Positions 14,375-27,435 of a stretch of 64,000 bases of DNA are shown piece by piece; the stretch's first letter is position 1, and each line of letters starts with the position of its first letter. The notes under the pieces were generated by a model. The model saw only the letters and a program-made list of their open reading frames with translations, was not told the origin of the DNA and did no database searches. A program made the translations under genes and the position numbers. This DNA comes from Okamejei kenojei. Its lineage: Eukaryota. The stretch is taken from positions 35,650,001 through 35,714,000 of the forward strand of contig CM069144.1 in the NCBI GenBank assembly GCA_035221665.1, in the 5' to 3' direction.

Positions 14375-15557
14375 CATCAACTGGTTCCGACGAACCAGCT
14401 CTTTTCCAGCCCTTGCCGTCTGGAGATATTGGGCACTGGTAGTTCAAACTGGCACTGGAATTTTAAAAGTGAAACTGGAGAAACTGGATCACGCTGCGGA
14501 AGTAATAATCCATGGGTTATTTCCGCATTGAAAATCACTTAGCACAATCTATGAACCTCAGTGCAAATATACACTGGAATACACTTTTTGCTCAAGAAAA
14601 AAAACATATTTTTTTTCATTCAGATGTCCAGGTGGCCTGTTGTGTCAATTTTATAACTCACTATGGACACACTGATATCTTGTAACTCATTCTTGGCACA
14701 ACACTGGCATCCTTTTTGTTTTGTTATTGTGGCGGACACACATTGGAACCTTGATTACGTTTTTTTTTGCCTGAAAGAATTTGGACGGGAACTGAAGTTG
14801 TGTGATGACCACTGTTCAAAGCTCCTCCCGCGAGATCCTGGAATGCATATTTTGAATCGTGAAATCAAGTCACATTAGATCTGTATTTTACATCATTATC
14901 CCAGATACTACATTTTGAGTGGGATATTTTGTAAATTACATTAAGAGACATATTTAAAGATAATACAAGGGTGTGTTCTGGTGGTTTTTGAAGTGCCGAG
15001 GTTCTGCTGGTTTGGTATCCATTGTCATCCTTTAACTAGTTTGTTGTGAACCTTCAGTGTAGGTTGTGCAGTCACCTTTCTCGGGGCTCAGCCCAGTCCT
15101 GTCATCACTTTATTTTCAGCGGGGATCGATTGGTCACTTATGGTTGATTTCTGGAGGAGAGAGGTTGAGAGTCCAATGTGTTCTGAAGAAGGGTCTCGAC
15201 CCCGAAAAACATCACCCTTTCCTTTTCTCCAGAATGCTGCCTGACCTGCTGAGTTACTCCAGTTATTTGTGTCTATCTTCAAGGCCAATTGTTCACACTT
15301 CCCTCACTGGATTTTTATTCATCAACCGAGACTGATATAGCTAGGATTGAACCTGGGATGTGTGCTTGCAATTTGTAAGGGGTTGGCCTGATCTCTCTCA
15401 AAACTTAAGTTTAGGATTAAAAGTTTGATGACAACATTTTGATGTAATACATTTTGTTTTTTCTAAATCTAATCTGATAAGAGTGAACTAGAAAAATAAT
15501 GAAGCAGAACAAAATGTGCCTTCCATTGTGTGTTTTGTCTGCACCTGTTATAGTTGA

Positions 15558-15563
15558 AATAAA
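15558..15563 (+). terminator. Candidate POLR2D polyadenylation signal
   Basis: AATAAA about 1.2 kb after the stop codon, following a U-rich UTR-like stretch. Confidence 0.45.
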
Positions 15564-16228
15564 CTGCCTAGAGTTTGAGTCAAAAAGGAAATGTGTTCAC
15601 TACTGCAGACAGGTGGGACAGAAAGAGGTCATTCAGAACTTCTGAGTCGCATGCCAGATCCCATAACCCTCAAATCGTAAAATTTGCTTGTTCCCCTTTT
15701 TATCTATGCATCAATTTGGGGTGGCCAGTTCACACCAACGTGCTGTATTTGGGAAATGGGAGGAAACCAGAAAACACAGCCAAATATGGTCTAACCGTCA
15801 ATGGAAATGCAAACTTCACAAGGCCGGCACCCAAGGTCAGGACTGAACCCAGATCCACTGTGGAGCTGAGTGATGAGTGCACTACGATATGCTGTGCCAT
15901 CTGCTTTGTCATTGATTATGTTGTTCTCTCTGGGTTTGTAGCCAAATATTACTGAATTTTGGGAGAATTGAAGTTAAGTCATGGTAGGTGAACTCTAAAT
16001 GTTAACGAGATGAATGAGATGGGTACCAGGTAAGAAAAAGAAGTGGACACAAGACTGGACTTTGTAAAATGCCAAATTAAAGAATGTATTCCATTAAAAA
16101 GAATATTTAAAAAATATTTAATAATTACAGAAGTTAAATTGAGAAAAATAAAGCTGAAGGTACATGAAAGGATTGGAGAGAAAAAACAACAGGGATATCC
16201 GCGCGCAATTATTTAAGTCTATAGTAAA

Positions 16229-17124
16229 TCTCTATACTTAAAAGTTTGATCTTGGATTGTGTAAATGAGTGGTGTGTTATCACATTTTTTTCGTGAAAAA
16301 ATGACGTGGTAACGGTAATTTGTTTTAACATATTATCCGATAGACATTTTTTCCCATGGTAGGTCAACTAATCGCGCTGAAGTAAAATGTCATGCTTTAT
16401 TTCTTGAGTTATTAATGAAAAAATGAAAATGTTCAAAATCTGACAAAACTTTGAATTAATAAAAACGACTGCCGGAGATGAAATCGGGCCGTCGACATGA
16501 CAATGATGACCAAAAAGATTCATAGCTGAAGACTGTGGCGGCCCACTCGCGGTCCTTTTGTTCGCGGCGTCAGCGTCAGTCTTCGGGTCGGTCTGGTCTC
16601 GGGCTCGGTCCCTGGTCGGTTTCCCGGTTGCCACTCGCTCTCTGCCCTCTCCCCCCCCCCCCCCTCTTTAGGGAGTGGTGATGATTGGGCCGCCTATGAC
16701 CTGTGGTATGGGTGGTGCCCCCTGTCCGCTCTCTCCCTCCCTCTCTCCCCTCCCTCTCTCTGCCTCTGCACTGCCCTCTACTCTGCGTCTCGTCTCTGCC
16801 CTCTCGGCCTCTGCCCTCTCTGGCCTACTGCCCTCTCTGCTGGCCTCTCCTGCCCTCTCTTCTCTAAACTCTACCCCCCCCCCCTCCCTCTGCTGCGCCT
16901 TGCGAGTTGGGGCCTCTGTGTGAGTGGATACGTGGGGGGATGGGGTAAAAGGAGCGAATTATTAATATATCAAGGGGGTTTTTGGTGTGTGTGTGTGTGG
17001 AGGGGTGGTTAGTGTGTGGGGGGGTTAGTTTTGTGGTGACCGCCGCAGGTGCCCCCCCCCCCCCCGCCCCCCCGCAACCGCGTGTTGAGGGCGTACAAGA
17101 CTCAACGGGTCGCACTTCGTCTGG
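16229..17124 (+). mobile_element. Non-autonomous Helitron
   Basis: A|TCTCTATACTTAAAAG 5' end; 3' end with short imperfect hairpin then CTGG|T (CTRR); inserted between A and T with no TSD. Confidence 0.6.
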
Positions 17125-17419
17125 TAATAGTTAAAAATGATGGTGGAGTCCCCTAAAGGAGAAGACTCAATTTATGAATGCTAACTACTAATTTGAGGTA
17201 TTTTTGTTCTTTTTCCGCTGTGGGTCTTTGGAAAAAAAAAACATTGACATAGTGGATAACTTGGATACTGAAATACTGTAAATCAGAAATGATCACATTT
17301 GTTAATCGTCAACAGTCAACAAGAGTAAGATTTTTAATATTTTTATAAAATGATGATTTGTCATTTGGGATGGAGAATTTACAAGGCAGGATTAATAATT
17401 TGTATATGAACCTAAAATA

Positions 17420-19600
17420 GGTTCCAATCTTATCAGGAATGACAGCGAGATCTTGATCATCTGGGCACATGCGCATGAAATGGCTGATGTGGGGTTTAAT
17501 TCAGTTAAATGCTAGCGGTTTTGTAATTTTAGGAAGTCACAACCAGTGGAGCCATCTTTATAACAATATCCCGTACGAGATCGTAGCTCTAGGTAGTGTA
17601 ATAGAGTACGCATGCTCTATGAATAGACGAAATACATTATGAACCCTTCCGGTGTATCGCTGGCAGATATGGTGGTGTTTTCGTTGTTCCAAGTATAGTA
17701 GAAATGGACTTGTTCAGTTTTACCCGCTCATCGTGGTTTACCAGTACCATTAAGCTGGAAAGAGTACATGGAAGATTTACGAGGAACTTGAGTGGCCCTG
17801 AGCTATGGGGAGAGATGTTGGGCAGGCTAGGATTTCATTGCTTGGAGCCTAAGGGGTGCACACATCTATAGAGTTGCAATAATAAAATCATTGAGGGGAA
17901 TAGATAGGGTGAATGCAGTGTATTTTATACCCAGAGCAAGGAATCATGGAACCAAGGGGCATCCTGGTTTTAATGTGAGAGGAAAATTATTCGTTAATAA
18001 CCAACTAGAAGGGCAATATTTTTCAAGCAGGTGGTTGGGTTATATGGAACAAAAATTGGTCAGACAAAGTAGTAATCAAATCCAATAACGTCGCCGTTTT
18101 AGAAGACCTTTGGACATGTTCTGTAGATAGGAGAAGGTGAAGAGGGATATGGGACCTTGGCTTCAATGGGGCATCTTGGGTCTGCATGATGAGTTGGACT
18201 GAAAAGCCTGTTTCTGTTTATATGAATCATATTATTGGCCCCAAAAGTTTTCTATATTTTAATATCTGTATTATTTTACAGCAATGCCTGCTGGACCAGC
18301 CAAGATATTTATTTGCGTTTTCTGCTTTCCCTACTTTGTGCTGCACAAAGTAATACAGTATCTTTGGACATAAAAAGCAATGTGCTGGAGCCACTCAGCA
18401 GGCTAGGCAGCATCTGTGGATGGAAATGGACAGACGATAATTCATAAGGTCATAAGTGATATTAGAAGTATGCCATTCGATGTATACTCCGCCTTTTCAA
18501 TCATGGCTGATCTATTTCTCCTTCTTCACCCCATTCGCCTACCTTCTCCCCATAACCTCTGACAACAAAATAAACAAACAACACCTGTACTAATCAAAAC
18601 TATCTATCTCTCTTCTGCCTTAAATATCCAACTGACTTGGCTCCAGGCCTTCTATGGCAGAGAATTCCACAGATTTTCAACAACCCTCTGACTAAAGAAC
18701 ATTTCTCATCTTCCCAAAAAGAAAGTCCTTTAATTCTGTCAACAAAGGCTGACCTCTAGTCCTAGACTCTTTCCAACCTAGTGGAAACATTCTCTCCACA
18801 TTCCACTCAATCCAAGTCCTTTCACTATTCCGAATGTTTCAATGACATTCCCCCCTCATTGCTTCTCTAAACTTCCAGCGAATACAGGCTCAGTGCTGAC
18901 AAACACTCATCTTAGGTTAACCTACTAATTTCCTGGGATCATTTTTTGTAAACCTCCTCTGGACCATCTCCCCAGCCTAGGCCAGAACATCCATCCTCAG
19001 ATATAGTGCCCAAAATTGCTCACATAATTTTCCAAATGCAGCCTTACCAGCACCTTATAGAGCCTAAGCATTACATTCCTACATTTCGGGTCAGGACCCT
19101 TCAGCAGACTGATGATTTTTTGAATTATTGTCATGAATGTCTTTACTGAAGTTGCCAGGGTTCCAGCAACTATGTTACGAGAAAGGTTGAACAAGTTAGG
19201 TCTTTATTCTTGGAGGCGCAGAAGGTTATGGGGGAACTTGATTGACGGTCTTAAAATGATTGAAAGGGATTAGACAGAGTTGACGTGGATCGCTTTTCCC
19301 ATTGAGGTAGGGAAGATTCAAACAAGAGGGCATGACTGAGAATTAAGGACAGAAGTTTAGGGGTAACGTGAGGGGGAACTTCTTTACTCAAGGGTGTTGC
19401 TGTGTGGAATGAGCTTCCAGCAGAGTGGTGTAGGCAGATCTATTTTAACCATTAAACAGTAAAGTGGATAGTAATATGGTCGTGAAGGGAATGGAGGGGT
19501 ATGGTCCTGAGTGCAGTAGATGGGACTAGGGGAAAAACAAATGGTCGCACGACTGGAAGGCCGATAGGGCCTGTCTACCGTGCTGTAATGTTATAATATA
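17420..19600. mobile_element. Three decayed CR1 fragments (+, -, +)
   Basis: CR1 ORF2 C-terminal and 3' UTR motifs, e.g. VMLRLYKVLVRLHLE on -; the minus copy (about 18445-19080) splits a pLTR-derived element. Confidence 0.65.
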
Positions 19601-22600
19601 TGTTTTTATGTTAATGCTGATTTTGCAAGCTCGCTCGCAAACTGGGGTGACCAGATCTCAAGTTAATTGAAGATGAATGTTGTCTGGGATGCCTTGGATT
19701 GCTTCCGTTCCATGACATTTCGTAGGAACCATTTCATATGCCACCTGAAAGCTAATGACATCACAATTTGTTAAACACTGTTTTCATTATTGCACGGATA
19801 AGGTTTTTGTGTAATTCTTTGTCGGAACTTGAAACCATAACTTTTTTTTTTTTTTTGCCTTAGGAAAGAGTAACCAATTGAGTTGTGGCTGAGGAAACAG
19901 ATGGAGTTCAATGCTAAAAGGTGAGAATGAATGTGCAACATTATGAAGGTTAACAGATTTTACTAAACTACACTCATACTATTTATTTTCCTAATTCAGA
20001 TTTTTTTTCATTGAATCTAAAAAACCTATGTCTAAAACATTGTTAACTAAATGGTTAATCCACAACCAAAAAATGTGTTCATGTGCAAATTACTGCCCTT
20101 GGCATTGATCGCTTAAAACATACTGTCACTTGTTTTCCTTTCGTACTTGTGCACCACAACTTTCCCCGTTGTTTTCCTCCTCTTATTCTCCAGTTTCAAT
20201 GGATTTTCAAAATTTCCACCCCATTCCAGACATTCCAATCTTAATGGACCAATCGCCTGCATGGCACTGTTTTCAAAGCTTTGACAAAATCTAAATACAG
20301 TTTGCCAAATAGTGCAATGCAAGCATAAAGAAACCAAAGCTTCCAGGTTTGTTATCATCACTGTGATGCGAACTTGCGCAAAGAAGTAATATCCTTTGGG
20401 GAGATTTCTGACATGTAACTAATAAATCATCTATGATGTTTGTGTGATGATAATTGTTGGTTTTACCAGCCAGTGTAAAAACCAGCATTGGGATAATACA
20501 GCTTTTTGGTCCTCTGGATCCCAAGCAAGATCAGTATAGTTTGTAACCTCATTGCTTTACTATTAATCAGAATGGCATTCTGGAGGCAGGTACCCCAGAT
20601 GCCCGTTTAAGCTGTAAAAACGAGAATTTAAACACCTATCTTTTTGTGGTGAATGAACACCTGGTTACCACTTACCATGTCAGCATTTACAAGTCACCTG
20701 CTAGAGCAAAAATGACACTCTGCATGGCCGGAGAGTAAATCTCTAAAATCACATTATATGATCAACTATTCAGTATTCACAGATTAACTGCCATCTCGTT
20801 ATTTTACACAGAAATATTTATACCCTTCACTTCTGGGCACTGAATTAACACAAGATCTGCAAAACACCAATGCGTTATTTGACGAAGGTATTTCCACAGC
20901 ATCTCCCGAACCTGTGGTCCTTCAACCTCAAGATGGGACAAGAACCAGTGGCATGAAAACTACAGGTCAGGAGAGATAACCCACTGTATTTGTATTTCTG
21001 CTGACTGGTTAGAACGCAACTAAAGCTTTTCACTGTACCCTATTACACCAGACAAGAAACCAAACTAAATTAACTTCAATAGGTAGATATGCCCTTTGAC
21101 GTTAGATAAATGCCTCAGCCGTTAGATAATGGTCAATCTTTTACCTTATTGCAGCACTTAGGTGGTGGTGTGGGGAGGTCAGAACCCTCATCATTGATGT
21201 GCTCGATCATGTGACCACGGGGGTTCGTTCGCAGGTCTTTCCAGTCAGTCGTTGGCGCCCTCCCAGCAACAGGAGCTATTTCGTGTTAGCAGTCAGCACC
21301 ATGTTACCCAGTTTTGGTACCGTTTGTTATCTAAGCTATATTATAAAACTCTGATCTTTGGATGTTACTTGAGTGATGGCTTTGCTTGAACATTTACTTT
21401 GATTCACAATCTCTTTGAAAACCCGATGCGATAACGGCAGAGATGCCAAGTGTCCCGGATCGCCGTATTTTGTCCCGGCGAAATAACTTATACGGTGTTC
21501 CGGCAGCCAAACTGTCGTTACGGAGAATGGCGGGAACGAAAAAATAATCAAAACAATAAACGGGAAAGGGCGGGAGCGAACGAGCGGCGTTGGACCACGT
21601 GCAGCGGGAATGAGCGTGCGGTTGACACGTGCACCTGGGAAGATTGGAGCTCCACGTTGTAGCAGGCAGGCAGCGACGGGGCAGGGCACCAGTCTCCTCC
21701 CCTCGGCCCAGCCCCACCGCGGAAAGGCGTCAGCGAGATCACAGGCAAAGATCGCTGTAGGAATCTTTATCGATAGAGCCACCCGGCGGAGGAGGGAGGG
21801 AGAGGGACTTCATCGTTGTCCAGGTCGGGCGAACAAACCAGCGCATCCTTTGACACACCTTTCGGTCGGGAGGGGAAAGAGCCAGCGAGATATGAACGCA
21901 GCGATGCAGGACGTTCACTTTCTCAATTCCGCCTTGCCGTCGGACGCCCCTGTTCTCCACCCGGCCGTCCGTTCGAACGACAGCTGGACCAGCGCAGCGA
22001 GCACCGGCAGGGCACCAGCCGAAGAAGCATGAGGGTTCCAGGAGCAGTCCTCACCATGTTAAAGAGCAGCAGCAGGGCCAGTCGTCAGCCGCCTCGTCTA
22101 CGGCAGCTCCCTTCATGAAGGTAAGTGGAGCCCACTTCGGCACCTCCTTCAAACCACTCCAAGAGTCAACAATGTTTTACCTTTGGGGGGAACAGGCAAA
22201 TAAGCTATGGAAGAGTAAACCCAGCGGGGTACGACAGCAGCAATCGAAGGAGCCAAGGAGATAGGCGGCCCGTTTCGGGTCGAGACCCTTCTTCAGACAT
22301 TTCCACAACGCTTTACCCTTTGTCACGTAAACCTTTTAGGGGGAGATGAGGAGTAATTTATTTAGGTCCGAGGCGGTGAATCTGGGGGAACCATACCACA
22401 GAAGGCTGCGGAGGCCCAAGTCAATGGGTATTTTTTAAGGTGGAGAGTGACAGATTCTTGCTTGGATGACAACGGTTTATGAGAAGGCAGGAGAATGTGG
22501 TCCCAGAGTGAAAGATAGATCAGGCTACTATTGAATGACGATAGACTTTCTTGGGGTCGAGACCCCTTTCAGAATAGAGTCAGGTGAGACGGAAACTGAA

Positions 22601-24429
22601 AGTATGAAAAGTATTGTTAGCTGTGCCTGAAGGCTAAAGCATTCAAGACTCATCAAAATATATATGTACATCTTTTAAGTGATACTGTGTATACTAAAGG
22701 ATTTTAGTGTGTTTAATGAGTTTGTATATAGTAATAGTTGAAAAAAGGAAGGTTGGATTCAACGCGCGTATGCAGATTTTGGGTCGTTTGCCATGCATAT
22801 TTGGTGCCAGCAACATGTTACTGAGAGAATTGCATTTTAACCCCCATTTGTTACTGACAAATGGGTTGAATGTTACTTGTGACTAAATTAGGGTTGGCAT
22901 CTCTTGTAACGGTGAAATTTGTACATATTCCGGTAGCAATTTACCTCATGAGTTCAAACGTCCCCTCATCTGAAAATTTGAATTCATTATTTCCCGAGTT
23001 TTTTAACTAAAATTGGTCAACCAATCTGAACTTTTTTTTAAATCTCACTAATAAATCTTTCAATCTAAATTAAAATGACTGGATGACATCACAATGCCTC
23101 TTGCTCCTTGCGGCTGCTGCCTAGAATTTCCAACGCACAGTTATCCACAGGAAAGAGTAAATAGTCAAATCCTAATAGTCAAATCTAAAATTAAATTGTT
23201 TATCCTTTGTTTCTCTTAACTAAGTTTATTTTTTTTACTTTTTTCATTACCTTTTCAATGCCAGGCATGGCCACTTAGATGTATTAGATGAGAATGCAGA
23301 TGCCCTATCCAGAACAAAATCTGTTAAATTTGAAATTGTAAATTTGGGGAGACAGATTGGAACAATTGGGAATATTTTTAATTAAATTGTTATAAAAAAT
23401 AATGATCTATTTTTAAAGGGTCTGCCCTATAGGTAGTTAAAGGTGATCTCAACTCCCCCACCACTCCGGTAAATGCCCTGGCTTAGTGGAGGAATGATAG
23501 GACTCTAAAGAGTGTGGAAGTTACTTATGACCTACAGCCTCACAGCAATGAATTATTTACATACCACAGCAATTAAGCACAACCTTGTCAGTCTTGCATT
23601 TCACTGGGTTGAAAATGCAGAAGTCACTGCAGTGAACACAGACACAGTCCATACTACTGGGAATTGGACAAAATTGGGACAATGTTGGAGGGGATTGTAC
23701 CCTGTGCTACTACGACACACCGCCGTGAAGATTTAATATTACCCCCGTTGGAGATATCTGATACGATTGAACTGTAAAGGGAGGAGAACCAAGACAGACA
23801 ATGGGGCTATGACCCTTACTTTTTATTCTGAGGTTGGTCGGATGGGCTGACTTGGGGAAACAACCCCTGCACCAAGACTTTCTGATAAGGCTGAAACTGT
23901 CCTTACATTTATAACACTGACCAAGATGGATCCTTACCACAGATTCTTGAAGTAACTGGAAAAGGTGCAGCTTAACCCGGAGCTAGGGTCAGACCAAGCT
24001 AAAACAGATGAAAATGTGCTCACCAAGCCCAGTCTGAAATAACCTATCCGTCTTCGCTTCCATCACACAGCTGCTGAAGAGAGCAAATCAGGTTGTGGAG
24101 CTGAAAAGCCTTGAATTTTGGAGTTCAACTCAGTTACAAACTGATGGGGTAAATCCCAGCCGGGATAAAAGTGAGGAGCTGAGTTGGGATTGAATCAGAA
24201 AGCCAGTTTGGCATTGATGGAGAAGGAAGAGAATGCTGGTTTTCACACGCTGATGGACCTTGGGAGAAAGAACAACTCATTTGAAAAGAAACACATAAAA
24301 GAGCAGCTTGAAGAGTGCGAGAAAGACCTGCCCCCACCCCAGGATGTAACAAGGCGTTTCTGATTGATCGCCTCGCCATGTAAAGGCTGATCCATACAGA
24401 AGAAAAAACATCTTTACTTAAGAAAGAAA

Positions 24430-25203
24430 TCCCAGAGTACTTAAGAGAAGTACCCCCAGAAATAGTGGATGCCTTAGTGATAATTTTTAAAAACTCTTTA
24501 GGTTCTGTGTATTCCCGAGATTGGAGATAGGCTAATGTAACCCCCACTTTTTAAAAAGGGAGGGAGAAGAAACAGGGAATTACAGATCCAGTTAGTCTAA
24601 ACATCGGTAGTGGGGAAACTGCTAGAGTCAGTTATTAAAGGATGGGATGCATCTCATTGGAAAGTGGGTAAATCATGGCAAAGTCACATGATTTTAAGAA
24701 AGGTAAATCATGTCTGACGAATCTTATAGAAATTTTTTCGAGGATGTAACTAAGAGTGGATAAGGGAGAACCTGTGGATGTGTTATATCTGGACTTTCAG
24801 AAGGCTCTCGACAAGGTCCCCATACGATATTAGTATACAAACGTAAAACACATGGTATTGGCGGTTTCAGTAATGATGTGGATAGAGAACTTTGGCTGGC
24901 AGACAGAAGCAAAGAGTTGGAGTAAACTGATCGTTTTCAGAATGGCAGCAGTGACTAGTACCTCAAGGCTCAGTGCTGGGACCCCATCTATTTACAATAA
25001 TAGTAAAGATTTTTTTTTTTGGGGGATGAGGGATTGAAATGCAACATCTCCACGTTTGCAGATGAACACAAGCTGGGGGGGCAGTGTTAGCGTGAGGAGG
25101 ATGCTAGAGAAGGCTGCAAGGTGACTTGGGATAGCTGAGTGAGTGGGCAATGCATGCAGAATAATGTGGACTAAATATGAGGTTATCCACTTTGGTGGCG
25201 AAA
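24430..25203 (+). mobile_element. CR1 ORF2 RT fragment running into a gap
   Basis: Nucleotide homology to 39800-40560 (DWRxANVTPxFKKG, GKSCLTNL, FAD motifs). Confidence 0.8.
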
Positions 25204-25703
25204 NNNNNNNNNNNNNNNNNNNNNNNNNNNNNNNNNNNNNNNNNNNNNNNNNNNNNNNNNNNNNNNNNNNNNNNNNNNNNNNNNNNNNNNNNNNNNNNNN
25301 NNNNNNNNNNNNNNNNNNNNNNNNNNNNNNNNNNNNNNNNNNNNNNNNNNNNNNNNNNNNNNNNNNNNNNNNNNNNNNNNNNNNNNNNNNNNNNNNNNNN
25401 NNNNNNNNNNNNNNNNNNNNNNNNNNNNNNNNNNNNNNNNNNNNNNNNNNNNNNNNNNNNNNNNNNNNNNNNNNNNNNNNNNNNNNNNNNNNNNNNNNNN
25501 NNNNNNNNNNNNNNNNNNNNNNNNNNNNNNNNNNNNNNNNNNNNNNNNNNNNNNNNNNNNNNNNNNNNNNNNNNNNNNNNNNNNNNNNNNNNNNNNNNNN
25601 NNNNNNNNNNNNNNNNNNNNNNNNNNNNNNNNNNNNNNNNNNNNNNNNNNNNNNNNNNNNNNNNNNNNNNNNNNNNNNNNNNNNNNNNNNNNNNNNNNNN
25701 NNN
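25204..25703. other. Assembly gap (500 N)
   Basis: Run of N. Confidence 1.
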
Positions 25704-27262
25704 CCCCATATTATTCTTCCCCCCCACCCACAGTTTTTACTATTCGTACCCCCCCCAGTAATTTTTTTTAAAATGGTGGTTTGTTGTTGGTATCAGATTC
25801 CAGTTGTGGGTTTCGAGTGTGCGTGTTGTTTTGGTATGGAGGCGTAGGTCTTACCCCCCCCCCCCCCACATGCCCAGGTATGTAGTTGTTTGGGGTGGGG
25901 TTGTGGATGTGAGATTTGTTGTTTGGTAGATTGAGGGCACCCCACCCCCCTCCCCCCCCCCCTAGCCCCCCCCCCCCCCCCCCCCCCCCCACATAAACTA
26001 ACCCATGAACATTGAAACAAACTTTTAGAACATACTTAAAATTAATAATAACAGTTGAACGGAAACACACACTGTTGGCGAGGTTGCCACGACGGTTGGC
26101 GCCACAAGGGATTAATTGTGTTTGAACAAGCTGTATCTATTATACAGCAGGCCAAGACGTATATGGAATTGATCAAGCTAAGGGGTAAATTCATGAGAGG
26201 AATTAAATAGTAAGCGTGGCATGTACAACAAATGGCAAATCAGTGAACAGGTGAGAGCAGTGAACTTCACGAAGGTGGCACACACAAAGAAAAAGATTTG
26301 CACTTGCGTCATCTCACGAGAAATATTGCAAAGGGCATCACAAGCCATTTAAAGTATTTTTAAGTATATTCACTGTTGTAACAAAAACAATCCGCACTAG
26401 CCAACTTTACATAAGAACAATGGGAGAAATTGCCTGGTAATCATTTCTGGTATGCAGGATAAAATAGTCAAGGGTCAGATTATTGTTTATTTTTCTTGGC
26501 ATTGCTTGACGTGTTTTACTGCATTTCCCTTTATCCGGATGTTATAACACCATTACACTGCAAACTCATGGGGTGGTAAATTGCACCTTCACGTGGTCAC
26601 ATGTTTCGACTAATGCAATCAATCCGACGTGCACAATTAGATCAAATAGAACAAGTTGACCAACAATTTTAGGCTGTGCACGCCATACACAAGAAGAAAT
26701 GCAACTCATAATTGTGAAAAGGTGACCACGCCCACTCTTTTACCCTGTTAACATCTGTGACCGAAGTTTGATTGAGTGGTTCAGCACACTTTGGTGCCTG
26801 GCTCACCATGACTCTGCTATTGCAACTGATCTGCCACCCAATGTTGCCCAACAATTCTAAGCTTATACAACTAATGTAACAAAGTCACTTGCCACCTTTG
26901 TCACATGAAAGCATCTCAGGAAACCACACTGATAACTCAAATTATGAAAAACCAGTAATGTGCGTCAAATTGAGTTTCAAGAGATATAAATATAGAATAA
27001 TGACCAGGGTTCTAAAGAAGGGTCTCGACCCGAATTCGTCGCCTATCTCCTTCGCTCCTTAGATGCTGCTGCACCCGCTGAGTTTCTCCAGCTTTTTGTG
27101 TACCCTCGATTATCCATGCATCTGCAGTAACTTCTTTAACAGAATGATGTCCCATCTTGCTTTGCATTTCTTTTGTCAGGACTACCAGGACAACTTTGCA
27201 CCAGTTCACAGATTGGTTGTGTGTTTATCATTATTGCAGCACAGGCCCCCCCTTGATCCTTA

Positions 27263-27435
27263 AGGGCCTGTCCACTCGGACGTCATTTGCGCATCACGAC
27301 ACGCACGTGACTGCGCATTATGCGGGCATGGTACATGGTAACGTAGGTAGCAGTGCCCATGATTTTGGGATTCGCAAATCTTCTGCATGCCACCTGCGTA
27401 ACGCGCAAATTGCCGCCCAAGTGGGGTCAGGCCCT
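27263..27435. mobile_element. PIF/Harbinger-like MITE
   Basis: Imperfect TIRs AGGGCCTGTCCACTCGG..ATTTGCGC / GCGCAAAT..CCAAGTGGGGTCAGGCCCT, flanked by TTA on both sides. Confidence 0.7.

Noticed and set aside
25104-25847. ORFs of about 200 aa
   Set aside because: They span the N gap
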